The notes under the pieces were generated by a model. It ran no database searches. It was not told the DNA's origin and worked only from the letters and a program-made list of their open reading frames with translations. A stretch of DNA of 55,877 bases, filler included, from Thelocarpon superellum (Eukaryota), in the NCBI GenBank assembly GCA_026025795.1. It is 2 parts of 2 records of this genome, joined end to end, with 100 filler letters (N's around TTAATTAATTAA, not from the genome) between each part and the next. Parts side by side here need not be neighbours in the genome. Positions count along the whole stretch, not along the records: positions 1 to 27,917 come from JAPEUG010000239.1; positions 28,018 to 55,877 come from JAPEUG010000240.1. One strand, given 5' to 3'. Positions 24,233-35,859 of this stretch are shown here, in pieces; position 1 is the first letter of the stretch; the number at the start of each line of letters is the position of its first letter. The position numbers and the translations under genes are program-made.

Positions 24233-24822
24233 TTCCTGTCGCATCCCACGTACATTCCCTGTACGTCTCGTTGCCTACCATAGTATGGGTGGGAGGATGT
24301 GCGTCGCTCGTTCGCTGTCGCCAGGCCAGACCCTGAGATCGGACAGAGAGCTTGGGGGGTGTTGGAGGAAGCCATAATCAGGAGCTGGCCATCGAAAGGG
24401 GCGACAGGACATGCCGCTTTGTCGGCGCCCACACTGATCAGTCTGTGGTGTTGTAATCAGAGTTTCGATAGAAGCCGCAACAGCACTCCACGTATCACTG
24501 CCAGCTGCGGATAGGGAGGGTTGCAACTGCTCGGTGGATGACAAGTTGATTCTCTGTCTAGGGGGGCGATCGGCGACTTGAAGACTTTGCCTGGTCACAT
24601 GCTAAGGCCTTTAGGGTTTCTTCAGGACCAAGTCGCGCCTCCAACAGGCGTAACATCGTCAGTCTCGCTTACGCCGTGCTGTCAATGATTATTCGTTTTC
24701 CACGCAAGTTTCTAACCGTTGTTTTATTGATCAGTCTGCATTTCGTGGTAGCTACTTCTTGAAGACCCGCGGATCTGGCTGCATTCACAGGTAACTTCTT
24801 TGTCCCCGAGCCTGCAACCTTC

Positions 24823-25293
24823 TTAAGGCTGGCTATCATCTGTACAGTTGACAACACTGTTGGGATCCGCACCCTTGACCGCATTTATCATCGCTTGGAG
24901 TCCTTCCTTTTCCGGATTCTTGTTCGGATACTTGGCGATCCAAAAGTCGGCCCAATGTTCTTGCACAAAGTTCTCGTTTGCCCAGGTATGCTCCACGATT
25001 GCTACCTTTCCTGTTTTGACCAGCCCATTAGTAATAGGCGTCACAGCCGCGGCTCCCGTAGCGCCGTATGAATTCCACTCGACGTGGAAGAACCAGCCTC
25101 CAGACTGTTTGTGATAGACGCATGCTTCGAGAGTGAAAGGCGAGGTATTGAACACAGAATCTTGACGGGGTTGTAGAGAAGGTTGTTCGCTGTTGTAGTT
25201 GTGATGGGACCGTATAGCTGATGGTGCAGCATTGGTGAAAGAGGTTAGTGCTGTGCTGGCTAAGAGAGCAAGCAGGGTATGTTGGAGAAACAT
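24823..25293 (-). CDS. Small secreted protein, 156 aa, 2 Cys (paralogue family with 26425 and 35860)
   Basis: Intronless ORF with signal peptide MFLQHTLLALLASTALTSFTNA, pro-region ending LQPR, and an upstream TATA-like sequence. Confidence 0.8.
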   Translation of the reverse strand: MFLQHTLLALLASTALTSFTNAAPSAIRSHHNYNSEQPSLQPRQDSVFNTSPFTLEACVYHKQSGGWFFHVEWNSYGATGAAAVTPITNGLVKTGKVAIVEHTWANENFVQEHWADFWIAKYPNKNPEKEGLQAMINAVKGADPNSVVNCTDDSQP

Positions 25294-25606
25294 GATGTGG
25301 TAGTGGGAGTTGGTCGAGGATATGAACGGGAGAATGGAAGCTTGAGGAGAAAGAGGGATTAGGTGGACATCATCTTTATATGAAAAGAATAATCACTAAG
25401 TAACGTGTTTCTGAGGGATTTGTGGCTGAAAAGGATGGCATGAACAGCTAACTGAACGCTGTCACAATCTAACTAAGGCATTTTCGGTAGGATGGCGAGT
25501 CTTGGGCATGAATTCCTTCGTCATCCTCTCTGCCCTACCGTGCCGGACTATTCTGCCTGGCTGCCACTCCTATCCTGTCCGTGTTCCAGGTCAGGTAGGA
25601 TCCTGA

Positions 25607-25863
25607 TGTGAGGCCGGGAGCTCCACGCCTCGCCACGAGGATAGGAGTGATCACGTGATGGCCACGTGACGGTCACATGATACGGCACGTGACCTGGCAC
25701 GCTGTATATAAACCGAGTCCCGCTGCGAGCTAGCAGAGCCCCAGCGTTCAACTCGAGTAACACGAGGAGGCTAGTCATAGGTCTATGAGCCCTAGGAGCC
25801 ACGGAGTCAACTCCATTGACTACGTCTACTGTTTCCGCCTAGCTGTAGGCCTTCGTCGTCACA
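25607..25863 (+). mobile_element. Solo LTR, family A copy 2 (best preserved)
   Basis: TGTGA...TCACA termini; four CACRTGA boxes at ~25650-25693; TATATAA at ~25706; flanks CTGA/CTAA may be a 4-bp TSD with one G>A change. Confidence 0.87.
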
Positions 25864-26424
25864 CTAAACTCTAGGTGGTGTGATAATTTGAGTTCTGCTT
25901 CAGAAGTACTGCAGAAATGAATCCCTCAGGCTCCGGGCCATAAATTCACGCACATCGGCCACCTGCAGAGGGAATCCTCGGTCGTCGAGGCAAATTATCT
26001 AGTTGCAGAGGATCTTCTCTTCCGCAGGTTTGAACTGCTGGTTTGGGTTTCGCCAAATCCTCAGAGACAGCAAGGCAGGTCGACCTTGAATTACCAAATC
26101 TTGTTGGCTGCGGGAGTCATGCCAAGTCGTGGCATAACTGACTAGGTTAGGCCATTACTAGAGGGAGCGACCATTAATAGGCGCAAGACCTCAAATGACG
26201 CATCCTGAATCCTGCGCTAGGAGTAATGACCATCAAGCTCACATGATTTGAAAGCACCTACAATCAGCTTTACATGTTAATCATCTTCAATGGGCGACAA
26301 CGTGGTGCTACCAAAGGCTTATAAAATCAGCTATAAGCACCGACTTCTTCCTCAACTAGCACAAACAACTCGTCGATCAAGTCAACAAGCTTTCTTCAAC
26401 TGTCGCCGCCTACCCGATATCAAG

Positions 26425-26880
26425 ATGAAAGGCAAAATCACCCTTAGCCTCACACTTCCGCTACTTGCCAACCTTGCTGCGTCTGCCCCAGCACCTGAGC
26501 CACCGAGCATCTTCAGCACCCTGGCACGCCGGGACGGCGGCTCAATTACTGTTGACTCATGCAAGTACACTCAACACGATCTCAGTATCAACTGGGAGGT
26601 TGCCTACCAATGGAGTACAACGAACCAAGCAACGGAGGGCCAATCCTCCTGCGGCAAATCGATTATGGACAATCTCATCCCCACTTGGGTTGTGGCTGAA
26701 TCAGTACCAACATGTAAGAGCGGACCACTGAGGTGTTGGGCTGATTGTACCCAATATTCTGTGGCATATTTTGGCACTGGCAAGTACTTTGGTCATGCGA
26801 TCGACGCTGTGAAGAAGGCGGTAGGAGCAGCGGGGGGTAGTGATAGTCCTTATCCGTGTGAGGAGGTCACACATTTTTGA
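26425..26880 (+). CDS. Small secreted protein, 151 aa, 6 Cys
   Basis: Signal peptide MKGKITLSLTLPLLANLAAS, pro-peptide ending LARR (Kex2-type site), TATAAAA at ~26320. Confidence 0.82.
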   Translation: MKGKITLSLTLPLLANLAASAPAPEPPSIFSTLARRDGGSITVDSCKYTQHDLSINWEVAYQWSTTNQATEGQSSCGKSIMDNLIPTWVVAESVPTCKSGPLRCWADCTQYSVAYFGTGKYFGHAIDAVKKAVGAAGGSDSPYPCEEVTHF

Positions 26881-27225
26881 AGGTATCGAACTTCGAATTG
26901 ACAGCATGCAATACAAGACCTGGCAGATCGATGTGAGACCATATTTGTAGACGATGACCATGATCTCCAGCCGGAGAGCCACGACACACAATGTGGAGGA
27001 GCAGGCCTAGAACGTGACCATATCCTCGTGGGGCACGTGATTTCTGTACACCAGGTCACAGGTTAGGGCTTGCTTGAATCAACAGAATGATCTAGACCAT
27101 CTGTTGGGACATCAGCCGCTGTGAGGACGGCGACGGATCCACCTATTCGATAGCGAAGCTCATTGCCGGTCCCGGCGCGTGCGGTGGACTCGAAGATCTC
27201 GCCGGTTCGGGTCTAAGAGCACATG

Positions 27226-27472
27226 TGTGACGACGAGGCCTACAGCTAGGCGGAAACACTAGACGTTGTCAATAGGAGTTGACTCTGTGGCTCCTTAGGG
27301 CTTATAGACCTATGAGTAGCCTCCTCGTGTTACTCGAGTTGAACGCTGGGGCTCTGCTAGCTCGCAGCGGGATTCGGTTTACATACAGCGTGCCAGATCA
27401 CGTGATATAGCAGGTGACTATCACATGACCTCTCTCATCCTCGCGGCGAGGCGTGGAGCTCCCGGCCTCACA
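27226..27472 (-). mobile_element. Solo LTR, family A copy 3
   Basis: TGTGA...TCACA termini; inverted relative to copy 2; no TSD. Confidence 0.85.
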
Positions 27473-27580
27473 TTATTCTTGGTAGGAATTTGCTTGTACA
27501 GCTTTCCATGGTCAGGAGCTTTGATCCTAGGTTCCTTGGAAGGATGGAATCATTGATTCACCTATGGTGTTGCTACCAGA

Positions 27581-27917
27581 TGTAGGAATCAGAGCTGTAT
27601 TGTAAGTTCTATGTGTAGCTGAGATAGTATATGAAGTTGCATGTGACCAAGTCATGTGCATGCCCTATACTAGGAGTTTAGCTGACCACTGCCATTGTCC
27701 TTGGCTGTGACCCAGTCCCTGAGCCTCCTGGCAAATTCTCACACATAGTACATGCGAAGTCCCAAATACAGTACAACACCATGCATTTAGGGATACTTAG
27801 GGTCAACATGTAATCTCACACAGTGTGCACTTGTAGTCGTGCCACCACAGGCCTGCTTGGCCTGCTTCGATATTAGCGGAGGTGACGCGGGTCTCTTGGA
27901 AAATCTGAAGTGCTACT
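27581..27917 (+). mobile_element. LTR family B remnant and CpG-poor repeat sequence at the contig end
   Basis: TGTAGGAATCAGAGCTGTATT is shared with 13275; the sequence is CpG-depleted; the 3' limit is uncertain. Confidence 0.45.
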
Positions 27918-28017
27918 NNNNNNNNNNNNNNNNNNNNNNNNNNNNNNNNNNNNNNNNNNNNTTAATTAATTAANNNNNNNNNNNNNNNNNNNNNNNNNNN
28001 NNNNNNNNNNNNNNNNN
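27918..28017. other. Artificial contig-join spacer
   Basis: Exactly 44 N + TTAATTAATTAA (stops in all six frames) + 44 N = 100 nt. Confidence 0.97.
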
Positions 28018-28875
28018 CTTGGACTTGAATACGTCAGGCGACGACGCTACCGCTGTCCAGCTGTTTTGATGTGCATACCGGGTCTCAAGGTGTCAGGATT
28101 GCTGTCGTGATGAATGGTTCTTTCCTTTTCCTCTTTCCTCATAGACGCCGCTGCGCAACTTCGATTGCGGCGCGTTCTTCCGGTGGCCATCTTCTGGCAA
28201 AAGTTGCTCCCCTTGGCGGCACTTTTCCTGGCACAGGTTTCTTCCCTTCCTTTATTGAGCCATACCTTCCCCCTCGCCACCTTTCTGTGCGTTCCGGACA
28301 GGAGGGACGTGGTGTGCTGGGGCGCGCGTGGGATTGCGATGATTTGGTCCCATGGGGTCCGGGACAGGCTTTCAGTCTTCCCGAGGGGGCACGAGGAGTG
28401 GGTGCTCGAGCTGAGGGAGTGGTGTTCGCGGGGCGTCTCTCACGAGCCATGTCTGTTCGACGCACGATGATCTTTTTTTTTCTCCTGTATCTATGTTTCC
28501 CCCCACACAGCAATCCATGATGGAACCCGTCGTAAACCTCCTGTGTGCGGAATCGTAGCATTGCGTGTAGCTGCAGACGCGTCACGCTGCATCGTGGATC
28601 CGTGGAGCTGTGGTTCCATGGTTCCGACCGTGAAAAGCGCGCGCGCATTCCCCGGTAAAGGCAGCGGGCAGCGGGCTGTCCGTACGCGGTGGGACGGAAC
28701 TCCAACAGGCCTAGTGGGCGATGGGGCGATGGAGCGAACTAAGGGCCGGCAGACACGATCATGCAGGGCGGTTTACCCGACCCGACTCTTTGTTGTGACT
28801 CGGGTACGACACGTCGACCGGGAGAGGCTGAGAGGGGGCCCCTCATACCGCGCCGCTGCCGCCCCACCACACACC

Positions 28876-28915
28876 ACGCACCCGCACACCGCACACCGCA
28901 CACCGCATACCGCAC
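28876..28915. repeat. (CCGCACA)n heptamer microsatellite, about 5 imperfect units
   Basis: CGCACCCGCACACCGCACACCGCACACCGCATACCGCACG. Confidence 0.7.
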
Positions 28916-29490
28916 GACTCCAGACGATCCTCGGATTGTGTGGTATGCATGCGCGCGTACGAGTCCCAGACTTACGCCGGACGAGTACCCCCGCCCCCGT
29001 ACCTCTGTCGCTCGGCGTGCCCCCCGTGTCCCTCAACTCTCGCCGGAGCTAGCGGTCAAGTTGCACTCGACTGCGCGAAGGGAGTGGCCAACCGTTGGAC
29101 GAGACACACGGCCACCGGAATCGGTGGAGTCTTGGGGCAGTTGACACCTTTCGCTCCTCCCGTTCGCGCCCACCCCCGCGCCCCACATTGGAATCTCGTC
29201 GGGCCCACCCAATTGTGTAGCGTCCGGCTCACCGTCCGACCATTGGCTGTGCGACGACGCGGCCGGCACGTTGTGATCCTCACCCCGCCCGGTCCGAGGC
29301 ACGGACGTGGGGTCACGAGCAGAAATTTTCTTCTTCTCCTCCACTCCCTGGCTTCGCACGAGGGCTGCCAGCATTGGCCAAGGTGGGTCGGCTCATCCTG
29401 ACAAGGCCGTCGGGCGAGCAGCAGATGCCACGTCCCGACCCGCCGGTTCTCCAGTCTGACACGTCAATTTAGCATTCCTCGACCCGGACC

Positions 29491-31527
29491 ATGGCGCTGG
29501 AGCATACCTTGGAGACTGAGACATGGCCCAAAGTCGTGTCTCCCAAGGAGGGCATCCATCGCGGGCTCCCACCCCATCCGACCCGCTCGAGCGTGCCCGT
29601 CGCCTTCCCAACGGCCGTCGGTCGGGTAGACGAGGGGCCTAGCGTAGACACATCGGATTCCAATGGCACGACAATGGCGCCCATCGGGCGGACCTTACGT
29701 CGCGTGCTCCCTTCCTTCTCGGAGCCGTCGGCGGCAGAACCCTTGCCTCAGGCCCAGCCCAGCCCCCCGGCTACGTCCCCGAGGCCCTCCAAGTTTCTCG
29801 AAGGGAGCATGAACGATCGTGCCAGCAACGTTCCCCCGGTCCATTACTGGCAGCACGATGGGGCCGAAGGCGACCTCGAGGAAGAAACAGCGGGCCGGTG
29901 GGCAGACGGATCCTCCGCGCCCGTGCAGGACAGATCTACGGCCGACCGGTCGGGCGCGCAAAGCAGCAATCGCAATTCAGGCCTCTTCCGTTTTGGCAAA
30001 TCCCTGGCCGCGGCATTCAATCCCGCCAGCCTCTGGGATGGTGTGTCTCAGATCTGGCGCCACGACCAGCATCCTCAGCACGATCTCCTGAAAGAGCGCC
30101 GCGTCACGGCCGAGCACACATACGCCGACCTCAAGAGGGAGGGACGGCTGGGCCTGTTGGGCAGGTCTCGATTCTCGGGCAGCCACGACGTGCCCTCGGT
30201 GGCTAATGACGTGACGCCCGAAGGACCCTCGCCCGCTACCCATCGTCACGCCGGCAATCATGCGCATGGCGAACCTCAACGTGACGATGATCACGAGGTC
30301 GAAGAAGCTGCGACGGAAGCGGACCGACTCATGCCTCCACCACCCCCTCGTGGCCGATCTGCCAGCCCCATGTCGCCGACGGGCTCGGAGCGGAGGACTT
30401 TCTTTGGATTGAAGCGGTCGTCGCTAGGAACCCTGCAGAACACGGCTTCGGATCTCTCGCTACCCTACAGCCGGAGCACGTCTAACCTCTCGTTGACATC
30501 GAGCTTCACGTCGACGTCAACATCAGACCGGCCCAAGCAAGTGCTGCGTAAACAGCTGTCGAAGAAGGACCTTCAGAAGCACCGTAAGCTAAGCAAGAAG
30601 GTCAGTGACCTGGAGATCAAGCTGGACCACGCCCGCCGAGAGTTGCTGGTGGCCATGACCGATGTCCCTCCCATACCTCCCGTTACCGAACAAGTCATCC
30701 GAGGTCGCACCTTCACGCCTGGCGCTCTCGCGTCTCTTCCGTCCGAACGACTCCTCTTTCCCGACCAGCTTGACCGAGGCGGCGACGTCAGCGAGGACAG
30801 AAGCATTGTCCGCGGCGAGAAGAGTGGCAAGAGAGTCCTGACGAAGCGAAAACTGCCCGCCAACAAGTCGCCGGAGAAGCCACAGGCCGGATCGGCTGGC
30901 GTGGAGGGCCGGCAGCAAAAGTCCCCACTGAAGAAGAGGAAGAGTGATGGTGATGCGCCCACGACCATGGGGGACGAGCACGGGCCTTCACGGAAGGCGC
31001 AGAAGACCAATGGTGTGGGGAGTCCGTCGGCGGAAGAGGGAACGGCCGATCAAGAGGAGGCAGGCACGTCCAAGGAAACCAAGGCGGTCGAACGAAAGCG
31101 AAGCAAGATTCCTCGCCGTCGGTCCGCCTCGCCTCTCCCGGCCACTGCATCCTCGTTGAATTACACCAAGCCCGTGAAGAACGGTAACAGCACCCACAGC
31201 GGCCATGCGCGTGTCGTCTCATCGGTGGATCCCCACGATACGAGCTCGATGAGGACGACTGCAAGCGGAAGTCCAAACTCGATGGTTCCGCCGGTGCCGA
31301 CGATGCCCAAAGGAATGCAGAAGATCGTGAGAATCGCCAGCGGGGAGATGGATGGGGACGAAAAGGACGAGAAGGACTCGAGCGAGGAGAAGCAAGGAGA
31401 CAAGGGAGAAAAGCAGACGTCGCCCAAAAAGAGGAAGCGAAACGGCGATCATGGTCGAAACGGCCGTCGGGCTGCCAAGAACATGACGGCGAATGGGGAC
31501 TTTGAATGGCCCGAGGACGTCTTTTGA
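29491..31527 (+). CDS. Conserved disordered fungal protein (often labelled putative nuclear RNA-binding protein)
   Basis: 678-aa intronless ORF with KFLEGSMNDR, FGKSLAAAFNP, a coiled coil KLSKKVSDLEIKL, LPSERLL and terminal FEWPEDVF. The true start may be the Met at 29674. Confidence 0.8.
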   Translation: MALEHTLETETWPKVVSPKEGIHRGLPPHPTRSSVPVAFPTAVGRVDEGPSVDTSDSNGTTMAPIGRTLRRVLPSFSEPSAAEPLPQAQPSPPATSPRPSKFLEGSMNDRASNVPPVHYWQHDGAEGDLEEETAGRWADGSSAPVQDRSTADRSGAQSSNRNSGLFRFGKSLAAAFNPASLWDGVSQIWRHDQHPQHDLLKERRVTAEHTYADLKREGRLGLLGRSRFSGSHDVPSVANDVTPEGPSPATHRHAGNHAHGEPQRDDDHEVEEAATEADRLMPPPPPRGRSASPMSPTGSERRTFFGLKRSSLGTLQNTASDLSLPYSRSTSNLSLTSSFTSTSTSDRPKQVLRKQLSKKDLQKHRKLSKKVSDLEIKLDHARRELLVAMTDVPPIPPVTEQVIRGRTFTPGALASLPSERLLFPDQLDRGGDVSEDRSIVRGEKSGKRVLTKRKLPANKSPEKPQAGSAGVEGRQQKSPLKKRKSDGDAPTTMGDEHGPSRKAQKTNGVGSPSAEEGTADQEEAGTSKETKAVERKRSKIPRRRSASPLPATASSLNYTKPVKNGNSTHSGHARVVSSVDPHDTSSMRTTASGSPNSMVPPVPTMPKGMQKIVRIASGEMDGDEKDEKDSSEEKQGDKGEKQTSPKKRKRNGDHGRNGRRAAKNMTANGDFEWPEDVF

Positions 31528-32332
31528 CGGTCATGTCCATCAGGGGTCACGGATGATTGGGCGGCTGGGGGGGAAAGGAGAGACTGCATTACGATGAGTA
31601 TGAAGGCACGAGGACGACGATGATGATCACCACGATCAAGGTAGATGAATGGCTCTGGTAGATGATACTTGAAGTTCCGTGGCCATGACCCGAGATGCAC
31701 CTGTGCCGTGGCCGTCTGCATTCATGAATTTCTTACATAGGGGAACTTTCCCATTATGAGTAGGGACAGGCCGACCAAGATGGCATCGGATGGTGGCGCT
31801 CATCGACGGTGACACGGTCTGGCCGGAGGCCCGTCGCTGCCTGGTGGTGAGAGATATATCGGGCGACGAGACGGCCAGCCCCTGAACCGAGCCGCATTTG
31901 TCACGCACCATGTGGAGACACACGCACGAGCGCGGCGCGAACAAGCCGCATAGGCCTGGGGGATCTGGGACCATTTCGTGCGGATTGCCACTTGGAATCT
32001 GGCCGTCCTGAGACGTGCCGGGGAGACATCCAAGTACATGCTGACATCTCCCTGGTGATTTGGTGGCTCGTGAAGGCATACTATGCTTTGACTCTTCCCG
32101 CAGGATGAGCCACGACGCGTCGAGCGGGTAAGTATGAAATTGTAAGCGGCAGCGTCTGCCACTGGTCCTTGCACGATACCGCGGCGATGCGTGCGGGATA
32201 TATATACATATGCCCATGCGGTGGTGGGTCCGATGTGGTTCTGGTACTGGCAGCTGTGGTCTTGTTCTGCAACGTGCCGTGCCGTGCCATTCCATTGTCC
32301 AAGGCAGGTGGGGTGTATGTACGGTGGTGGAC

Positions 32333-33577
32333 ATGATGAGGCCTGTCCTGTGGTTGGTCCTGGTTTGGTTTCACCTGCTTGGTCCCGCATGCACCCAGTC
32401 ACCGGACGATGATCCTTCCGAGAGCAATTGGTTCATATGGCAAATCCACCTGCTGCCTCGACTGGGAGAGAGCCAGAAACGGGCGATTTTGAGCTCCGTC
32501 AATGATTCCGAGGGCGTACGTGGGCCAACCAAGCTTCCTTGAGTGCGCGAGAACACGCCACAACGGGCTGTTACGTCTACGAGAGCGAGCAACGGACTGA
32601 CTTGACTGACGTGCATGACGGATGAACTAGCGCGCACGCATCATCGCCCCGCTCCCTGGGACGGGTCATTCTCGCAACTCCGTGTACGTGCGGCCCGGTG
32701 TGATGGACTGTGGCTTGTCGGAGGACCCCGCCAGCTTACTTGACCTCTCGCGCCGCTTAGAACAGTGAACTCCACGCTGGGCTTTTACTCCTACGACTGG
32801 ACAGCCCCGGCGGGGGTGTCCTTTGTCTCTTACGATGACGAACGGTAGGTTGGACCGACCCTTGGAAGAGACGCCGTCTGATGCGGGGGATGGCAGACCT
32901 CCACCTGTCGTGTGTGACGCGGACCAGAGGAAGGCGGCGCGCGAGGCCTTTGTTCGGATGAAGAGCATGGCCTTCAGAGCCATGACGGCCAGATACACAC
33001 AGCATGACTGGGAACAGTACGCATCGAGCGGCTCCTTCTTCTTCTCCTTCTCGGAGACGGGCGCTGATACTCCGGCTGATGTAGGTTATTCGGTGCCTCT
33101 GATCCGGCGGTGGTGAAGAAGGTCTTCCGCAGTCTCGCCAGCTATTCCAAAGACAGCATTCTGCTCAACTGTTGGCGGCACTCCAAGGACAGCAAATGCA
33201 AACCGTGGATGAACTCATCCTACTACGAGCGCAACAACAACAGCATCGTCATGATCCTGTGTCCGTCGTTTTTCCGCCTCTCTCCAAGATTTAAATGCGG
33301 GGTCCAGTTCAAGGCCAAGGGGCAGAACCCCGAGGCTTTCCAGGACCTCGTCTTTATCGATCACTTTCTGCATACTCTCAAAGCCGGAGAGACCGACCTC
33401 TCCGACATGGTGGGAGATCGCTTCATTCGCTCCGGGAAAGAAGTGCATCAACTCGCCGAGGAGAGTCTCGGGGGCCGCGTCAACGCCAGCATGTACCCTC
33501 AAAACCTCGTCGCGTCGTACATGTGGTTCGCGGCCGCGATAGATTTCACCTTTGGGCCCAACTGTACCGACCCTTGA
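32333..33577 (+). CDS. Secreted M35/zincin-like protein with a degenerate zinc motif (about 4 exons)
   Basis: Signal peptide MMRPVLWLVLVWFHLLGPACT; CDADQRKAAREAF..MAFRA; WEQ|LFG; ILCPSFF; FQDLVFIDHFLHT; NLVASYMWFA. The upstream exon structure is inferred. Confidence 0.6.
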
Positions 33578-34494
33578 TAGCAATTGAAGGATTGGAGATG
33601 ACGGACACACCACGTACGGGCGTACTCATGCTGTCAAGCTTCGTGCAACGTGCAGGCGATCGAGTGACATATCCACCGGTTGCAAGGTGTGCGAGTACGG
33701 CAACGCATAGACAGCCTACGAGTCAAGCTAAATCCCCGTCGTCGCATGAGATTGAACCACCTTCCCCTCCATCCCCCCTCAGACTGACACGCATGGTCCT
33801 TCCTTGGTCCTGATCGCGGCGATGAGATGATGAAATCTCTTCCCGCCTCTTCGGGGGGGCATGGGAGGTATAGTCGAAGTAGGGTTCCACAGCATAAAAT
33901 CCTCGATCAATCCTCTGCATTTCCCGTCCACGATGCGCCCAGGTTCGCTTGTGGCCGCGCGCCATGCAGCATTACCGCACCGTCCCCGTACCCGATACTT
34001 GGGAGGGCCTCTAAAGATTACATTCTGCCACGGGCAATGCTTCGAGAGCCTGCACCTCATGCATCGCCTTCCTGCCCGCACCGGCTCCATCCGCTGCCTG
34101 ACAGCCCACACGGCCTCAATGTGCCGCATGGACCATAGATCCATCACATATGCTCGGCTGTCAGGATGAATAACTATCAGGATGATCACGGTGTATACAT
34201 GCACTGGACGTCCCTGCCGTCACCGCCCTGGTCCTTTACGTCGATTCAACCACCAGGTGCACCTTGCTGTTGCGCACTGCTTCTTTTGCAGTCTCCAAGG
34301 ACACTGCCCTCCCCTCGTGCCTTGGGTGAGAGGGAAAGGAAGACACAGAGCTCGTGAGCCAGGGATTGACGAAAGACGAGAGACGAACGCCGAAAGACCA
34401 ACGACGAAAGTACAAGCTTCCCGCGGACTTTTCCTCCCTAGAACCCTCTCGTCCCAAGCGCACCACCGCCCGCGAGTCGCCAGTCATCACCACG

Positions 34495-35091
34495 ATGTAC
34501 CTCGGACGCACGACGACGCTCGTGCTTGCGGCATTCATCCTCTTCCTCAACAGCTGCGCAGCCCAAACGTCAACACCAACGTGCAACACGCCAGACGAGA
34601 ACGAAGCGTCGGCAATGTTTACATGTTGGGGCCCGGGGCCAATCGGCCCCATAAGCTGCATCCGGAAGCTATTGCCAATCATTCGACGTCTGCCGATGAA
34701 TACGAGTTTCCGAAACGGTCAGTACATCGCTTGTGTCGATCCCAGTCCGAAGACGTCACGGCAAGGGAGTAATTCGAGTCGGGGCTTCGACGACGAGGGA
34801 GGTTACCCGGACTACATCCCGAGGAAGAGATTCTGCGCATGGTACACGCGTACGAGCCCCAAGGGCGGCTTCCCCTGGGGTCGGCCGGTGTATACTCACA
34901 AACCGAGTCTGATGGCCTCCCTATCGCGTCTGGCGAGGAAATGTACGGGGTGGGGTAGCATGTACCTTCCCGATGCCCGGCCCTTGTCTGGTCAGGAAGC
35001 TGGTTGGGGTCTCCAACTCCACACGGCCTATGTGGATGATACACCCTGTTCGGGCTTGTGTCATTATAGAGACCGGGGATACGGGGGCTAG
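34495..35091 (+). CDS. Secreted KP4 killer-toxin-like protein
   Basis: Signal peptide followed by KP4-family hallmarks CWG, FRNGQYIAC, FCAWY, L.RKCTGWGS and QLHTAYV..PCSGLC. Confidence 0.75.
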   Translation: MYLGRTTTLVLAAFILFLNSCAAQTSTPTCNTPDENEASAMFTCWGPGPIGPISCIRKLLPIIRRLPMNTSFRNGQYIACVDPSPKTSRQGSNSSRGFDDEGGYPDYIPRKRFCAWYTRTSPKGGFPWGRPVYTHKPSLMASLSRLARKCTGWGSMYLPDARPLSGQEAGWGLQLHTAYVDDTPCSGLCHYRDRGYGG

Positions 35092-35859
35092 TTCTTCGGG
35101 GTCGTTGGTTTCACTCTTCTCCACGCCTGTCTTTCCACCGCCAGGAATTGAGCGTCGGGAACGATGACTCGCTCTCTACTCTCTACCGAAGATAGCGGAC
35201 GCGACGACGGAGGAGGGGCATTTGGGGACACTTCTCCAATGTGGTACGGAGGCACCTTGAAACACCAATCATGACGCTCAAGAAGGAGGAAAGATCCAAG
35301 AAAACGCCTCACTTTCGCACCATCTCCTGCTCTTGTCCATCGTATCTGTGGCGCAAATCGGTTGTGTGGCTACCGGACCCGTAGTTTAGGTAGAACGGCA
35401 CTTGCTTGGCGGGATGACCAGAGCCGAGAGTTCCAAGAAGTTGGCCTCGCCTTGCACCTCGAGCAGGAGGCCAAGTACGAATTACGGAGCGAGTGCCAGG
35501 CTGCCCTCAGTCAAATGCCGTCCGAGAGGGAAGTGGTCCACTATGACCACCATGACCAATTCCCTCTCGGACGGCATTTGACTGAGGCTCTTGAGTAGGG
35601 CTGAGTCGAGACCGCCCATCACGGCAATCGCATTGAAATTCTTGGGCCTGCTGAAATGGTGATCGGAAGCGGTGTAGAAGCCAGATGCATCGGTCCCGTT
35701 TTGCGCACCGCTTGCACAGCTTGGAATGTTTCATTGATCTGATGCTCGCAGGCAACATGTTGATGCAGAGATCCTAGATTCCAAACGCTAACGCGGTATA
35801 AACGATGCTTCTAGTACATTGACTCCTTCACCCTTCACCCTGCTCCTGTCTTGTCGCCT

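Noticed and set aside
13833..27472. LTR copies 1 and 3 (same orientation) as the ends of one 13.6-kb retroelement
   Set aside because: There is no gag/pol between them, the outer flanks do not match as a TSD, and the two copies have very different mutation loads.
27060..27803. Scattered TTAGGG hexamers as telomere remnants
   Set aside because: They are isolated, not tandem, and lie in LTR-derived sequence.
27962..27973. TTAATTAATTAA palindrome as a piggyBac target or regulatory site
   Set aside because: It is centred symmetrically in Ns and is an assembly linker.
10625..35091. KEX1 and the KP4-like gene as a physical toxin-maturation cluster
   Set aside because: They are separated by the artificial contig join, and KEX1 is a housekeeping gene. 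Only the weaker LTR-association hypothesis is retained.
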